From: Eledone cirrhosa
Taxonomy: Eukaryota
Assembly (NCBI GenBank): GCA_964016885.1
Contig: OZ024760.1
Coordinates: forward strand, 682,001 to 746,000
Direction: 5' to 3'
DNA: 64,000 nucleotides
The notes beneath the pieces are model-generated. The model had not been told where the DNA came from, made no database searches, and worked only from the letters and a program-made list of their open reading frames with translations. Shown here piece after piece: positions 58,406 through 64,000 of this stretch (within the stretch, counting starts at the first letter, position 1; each line of letters opens with the position of its first letter). The position numbers were made by a program, and so were the translations under genes.

Positions 58406-58831
58406 TAAATCTCTCTCGAAATTGTTCCTCACATCTTGTTTTTCCTAATACAATATCATGTGAATCAACGGGCATCAAATATAGTATTTTTATAGTCTTC
58501 ATTAAGACATCTCTCTGGGAGAAGGTCACTCTGATATGAAACCTGTGACTTCGTTTGCATCCAATGATGTAGACCAGTTCTACTGTTTGGCTAACTGCAT
58601 TCCATGTTCAGAGTCTGTTTGGCCCCGTGTATAGCATAAAAAAGCTTCAAGCAGAGGCATCGCTTGATATGTGACATTTTTTTTTTGCGATGTATAGCAT
58701 TGCTGGCCATAGACAATACCCTAGCAGGGCTAAAAAGCCACCTCCTTGATGCTCCTGCTTAAGTATCAAGCGATGGCATTACTCGAAATCGTGTGTGTAT
58801 GTATATATATATATATATGTGTGTATGTATG

Positions 58832-59563
<732 letters not shown>

Positions 59564-59649
59564 AATTGAGCTACAATAAATGAATATTTACGCTCTACTT
59601 CGGTATTGAGTAATCTATTCTCTTGACCATCTACTTCACACACATATAT

Positions 59650-59726
<77 letters not shown>

Positions 59727-59848
59727 CATACATATATATATAAAAAATATATATATTTTTTTTTTTTTTCTGTGTGTGTGTCCGTGTATGAGCCTGTATG
59801 TGTGTGTGATATATTTTACTATAGATGCTCTTCATAATTTTGTATGTG

Positions 59849-59901
<53 letters not shown>

Positions 59902-61369
59902 ATATGTTTGTCTATACCTGTATATGTAAGTGCGTGTGTGTATATGTGTGTGTGTGTATATGTGTGAGTGCGAATGTGTGTTTTTGATAGCATTAATGAA
60001 TATGGCATCATAACAAGAATGGAACCTCCTCACTCCCACAACACCCCTATCCCCTCTACTCCCCACGCACCCTCTCCTCATTACCCCTCCCTCTCCCAAA
60101 CACCCTTCTCCCTCTCCCCAACACCCTTCTCCCCACCACCCCTTCACTCCATCATCCTTCTCCTCCCCGCCGCCATTACAAATCACATATGGAAATCGCA
60201 GCCCCCAACCCCACCATGGCCCTTCCACCATCTCATAAAACTCACCCCTTCATCATGTTCCCCCACCCCACCCCACCACCCCCTCTATCATTCTCACCCT
60301 TGACCCCCCTCGTCTAAACACCTAACACCCCACCACCACCACCACCAACATTTCCTCCTCTACCCCTTCTCCTCCCCGCCCCTCCACTATCGTCTCCCCC
60401 TCTCTCTCTCCTTTCCCACCTCGTAGGAAAAACCCATATATGGACCCCCCACCCCAACCTTTACATTATTAACACCTGTTTTTGTTTTGTTTCTTATTTT
60501 TTTTACAACGTTTTGTTCCTTCATGGTTTTATTATTGTTATAGTTGTTATATATATATTTTTGCACTTTTCTACGGTTTTTTTACGTTTTTCTACGTGTT
60601 TTACGTTTTTCTATGTTTTTTTTTACCTTTTTCTATGTTTTTTTCTAAGGTTTTTTACCTTTTTCTACGTTTTTCTGCGTTTTTTTTAACGTTTTTCTAC
60701 GTTTTTTTTACGTTTTTCTCCCCCTTTTGTTTACCTTTTTTCTAGGTTTTTTCTCCTTAATGCTTTGAATCTTTGTTAACATAATTCATATTTGTATTCT
60801 AACAAGTCTAATGACAGAATGTCACTCCTTATTACTAAAATCTTGAAGACTTTTGCTAAAAATTCCAACCCTTCTATCTTAACCCCGACCCCCTCAATCT
60901 ACACTCCACCCCCCCCCCCCAAAACAGTAGGAAACCCCCTACTCTTTAAAAACAAACAACTACAACTACATAAAAAGCAAATCTCCTAACCAGGCAATCC
61001 TTAAAGAGATAAATATGGAAGAAATTAAGGAGAGAGTGAAGGAGGGTGAGAAGTGTTTGTGAGTGGCGGATGGTTGGGTGTCGGGTGAATGGGTGGGTAG
61101 GGTTTAATGAAAGGGGTTTGAATTTAAGGTAGAGAAATTAAGCAAATAACATAATGATAATAGAAAGAAGGGCAGACTGTTGGTCTCGTAGGTAGAGATG
61201 CTAGAAACAGCAGCCGTACGTGTTTATCTCTCTGTCTCCCTCTCCCCTCTCGCTCCCTCTCTCTCCCTCTCCCGCTCTCTCCTCTCTCTCTCCCTCTCCC
61301 TCTCCCTCTCCCTCTCTCTCCCTCTCTCTCCTTCTCCCTCTCCCTCTCTCCTCTCTCCCTCTCCCTCTG

Positions 61370-61413
<44 letters not shown>

Positions 61414-61543
61414 CATGTATATATATATGTATATATATATGTATATATATGTATATATATATATGTATATATATATATATGTATATATATATGTATATAT
61501 ATATGTATATATATATATATATATATGTATAGATATATATATG

Positions 61544-61576
<33 letters not shown>

Positions 61577-61613
61577 GTATATATATATGTATATATATAT
61601 GTATATATATATC

Positions 61614-61767
<154 letters not shown>

Positions 61768-61898
61768 GATAAATCTACCAAGAGTTTACGGTAGTGTCCA
61801 ATCCGTATGAAGAACTCAATGTATTCCGGATATCATGGAAAGAAGAGATGTAATGAAAAATCACTTTCGGTGAAAGATAAACGGAATACAGAGTCAAG

Positions 61899-62340
61899 AT
61901 AAAATATTAAACAAATAATGAATAAAACAATGAAACAGTTCCTTATATTAAACAAAAAAAGTTCATTATTTAACGATCGTTTCTAGGATATATATGTGTT
62001 AGAATTGGCATGCATATTCAACAGATCTATGTACAAAATTATACAAAATTATACAAACTATCAAGATTAAATATACATACCAAACACACATATATGCCGT
62101 CTTCAGAAATAATGAAATATATTTCATTATTTCTGAAGACGGCATATATGTGTGTTTGGTATGTATATTTAATCTTGATAGTTTGTATAATTTTGTATAA
62201 TTTTGTACATAGATCTGTTGAATATGCATGCCAATTCTAACACATATATATCCTAGAAACGATCGTTAAATAATGAACTTTTTTTGTTTAATATAAGGAA
62301 CTGTTTCATTGTTTTATTCATTATTTGTTTAATATTTTAT
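61899..62340. repeat. Perfect 442-bp palindrome of a hammerhead element
   Basis: Centre GAAATA|TATTTC at 62119/62120; identical 76-aa ORFs on both strands confirm the symmetry. Confidence 0.95.
62123..62277 (+). ncRNA. Type I hammerhead motif with long stem II (mirror copy 61962-62116 on minus)
   Basis: TTCATTATTT-CTGAAGA-(116 nt)-GAAAC-GATC-GTT-AAATAATGAA; 10-bp perfect stem I. Confidence 0.75.
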
Positions 62341-62361
62341 ATATATATATATATATGTATA

Positions 62362-62419
<58 letters not shown>

Positions 62420-62614
62420 TGTGTGTGTGTGTGTGTGGTGTATAGGTATATTGTAGAACAATAAAACTATGCATATATCAGATAAGTAGCACACAACAGT
62501 TGGTAGAACTGGAGTATATATAATAAATAAGAAATTAAAGAGTGGTTAAAAGAGACTTAGACTTAGCACTCTCATGTAAACAAGTGCTATTATGCCTCAT
62601 ATCATGTGACCTTA

Positions 62615-62680
62615 TTTTATCTGATGAGAACACAATTTTTGTCCCAGGATGATTTTGTATTCGAAATGCGCATAATAAAA
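62615..62680 (+). ncRNA. Type I hammerhead ribozyme motif
   Basis: TTTTAT-CTGATGA-GAAcACAA..TTGTaTTC-GAAAT-GCGC-ATA-ATAAAA; palindromic ATGCGCAT stem III; in a ~205-bp element (62519-62725) with ~35-bp inverted ends. Confidence 0.85.
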
Positions 62681-62787
62681 TATATGGAACTCTTTTAACC
62701 ATGTTTTAATTTCTTCTTTATTATATATGTATATATGTATATATACATGTATATATATATGTATATATATATGTATATATATATAGG

Positions 62788-62824
<37 letters not shown>

Positions 62825-62868
62825 GTGTGTATATATATATATGTGTATATATATATAAAGATGAATTC

Positions 62869-62923
<55 letters not shown>

Positions 62924-63230
62924 GATAGATAGAAAACTGTGTGACACTACTTTAAAACTAATACCGAATGGTCTTCTAAATGTTTTTAATTAAACATACA
63001 GTATATTGCCAAATATACTATACATACATTCATATATATAAACATATATATATATATATACATATATATATGTAGGTGTGTGTGTGTATATATAGGTGGG
63101 TGTGTGTATATATATGTGTGTGTGTGCATGTGTATATATATACACATATATATATGTATGTATATATATGTATATACATATAACTATACATATATACATA
63201 TATATATATACACACATATATGTACATATA

Positions 63231-63378
<148 letters not shown>

Positions 63379-63659
63379 TGTGTGTGTGTATATATAGGTG
63401 TGTGTGTATATATATGTGTGTGTGCATGTGTATATATATACACATGTATGTATATATATATGTATATACATATAACTATATATATATACATATATATACA
63501 CACATATATGCACACACACACACACACACAGATAGATATAGATATATATACGTATATATCACCCTTTCTATCCGTGTATATATATATATATATATATATA
63601 CATATATATACATATCTATATATATAAATACATATATACTTATATATATATGTACATAC

Positions 63660-63707
<48 letters not shown>

Positions 63708-63724
63708 TTATATATATATATATA

Positions 63725-63758
<34 letters not shown>

Positions 63759-64000
63759 CTTATATATATATATATATGTACATATATATATATATATATA
63801 TATACTTATATATATATGTACATATATATATATATATACACGCAGATAGAAAGGGTGAGAACCAAAGGTATACACTCACACACAAGAGACGAAACATGTT
63901 AAAGTTTAAAAGAAAGCTTTTAACTATATAAATAAACAGTAAGGCAAAAGTCACATATTTTTGTGTTGTGTTTACATATATATATGTGGGCTTTATACAT

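Overview
Eukaryotic (animal) non-coding DNA. It is extremely AT-rich and dominated by (TA)n, (CA)n, (TATG)n and (AAC)n microsatellites. The SINE and microsatellite landscape suggests a coleoid cephalopod (octopus); this is an inference. Almost all ORFs in the track are translations of microsatellite, and no host gene can be called with confidence. Recognisable elements: (1) a near full-length but frameshifted R4/Dong-clade non-LTR retrotransposon (RT + REL endonuclease, minus strand, ~51525-55807) in a (TATG)n tract; (2) three non-autonomous Helitrons; (3) about 17 tRNA-derived Nin-domain-like SINE copies plus other SINE pieces; (4) several ~600-bp internally deleted RTE derivatives; (5) a Sola2-like transposase remnant and small MITEs. 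The main unexplained signal is a very high density of type I hammerhead ribozyme motifs: 11 with an intact CUGANGA/GAAA core and pairing stems, and roughly 20 more degenerate or half copies. They belong to more than 10 unrelated short element families, most inserted in or next to (TA)n arrays. Many are fold-back palindromes, including a perfect 442-bp one, and one is a 595-nt partial tandem. This fits non-autonomous Penelope-like/retrozyme-type retroelements that target (TA)n and rebuild their 5' end by snap-back synthesis.
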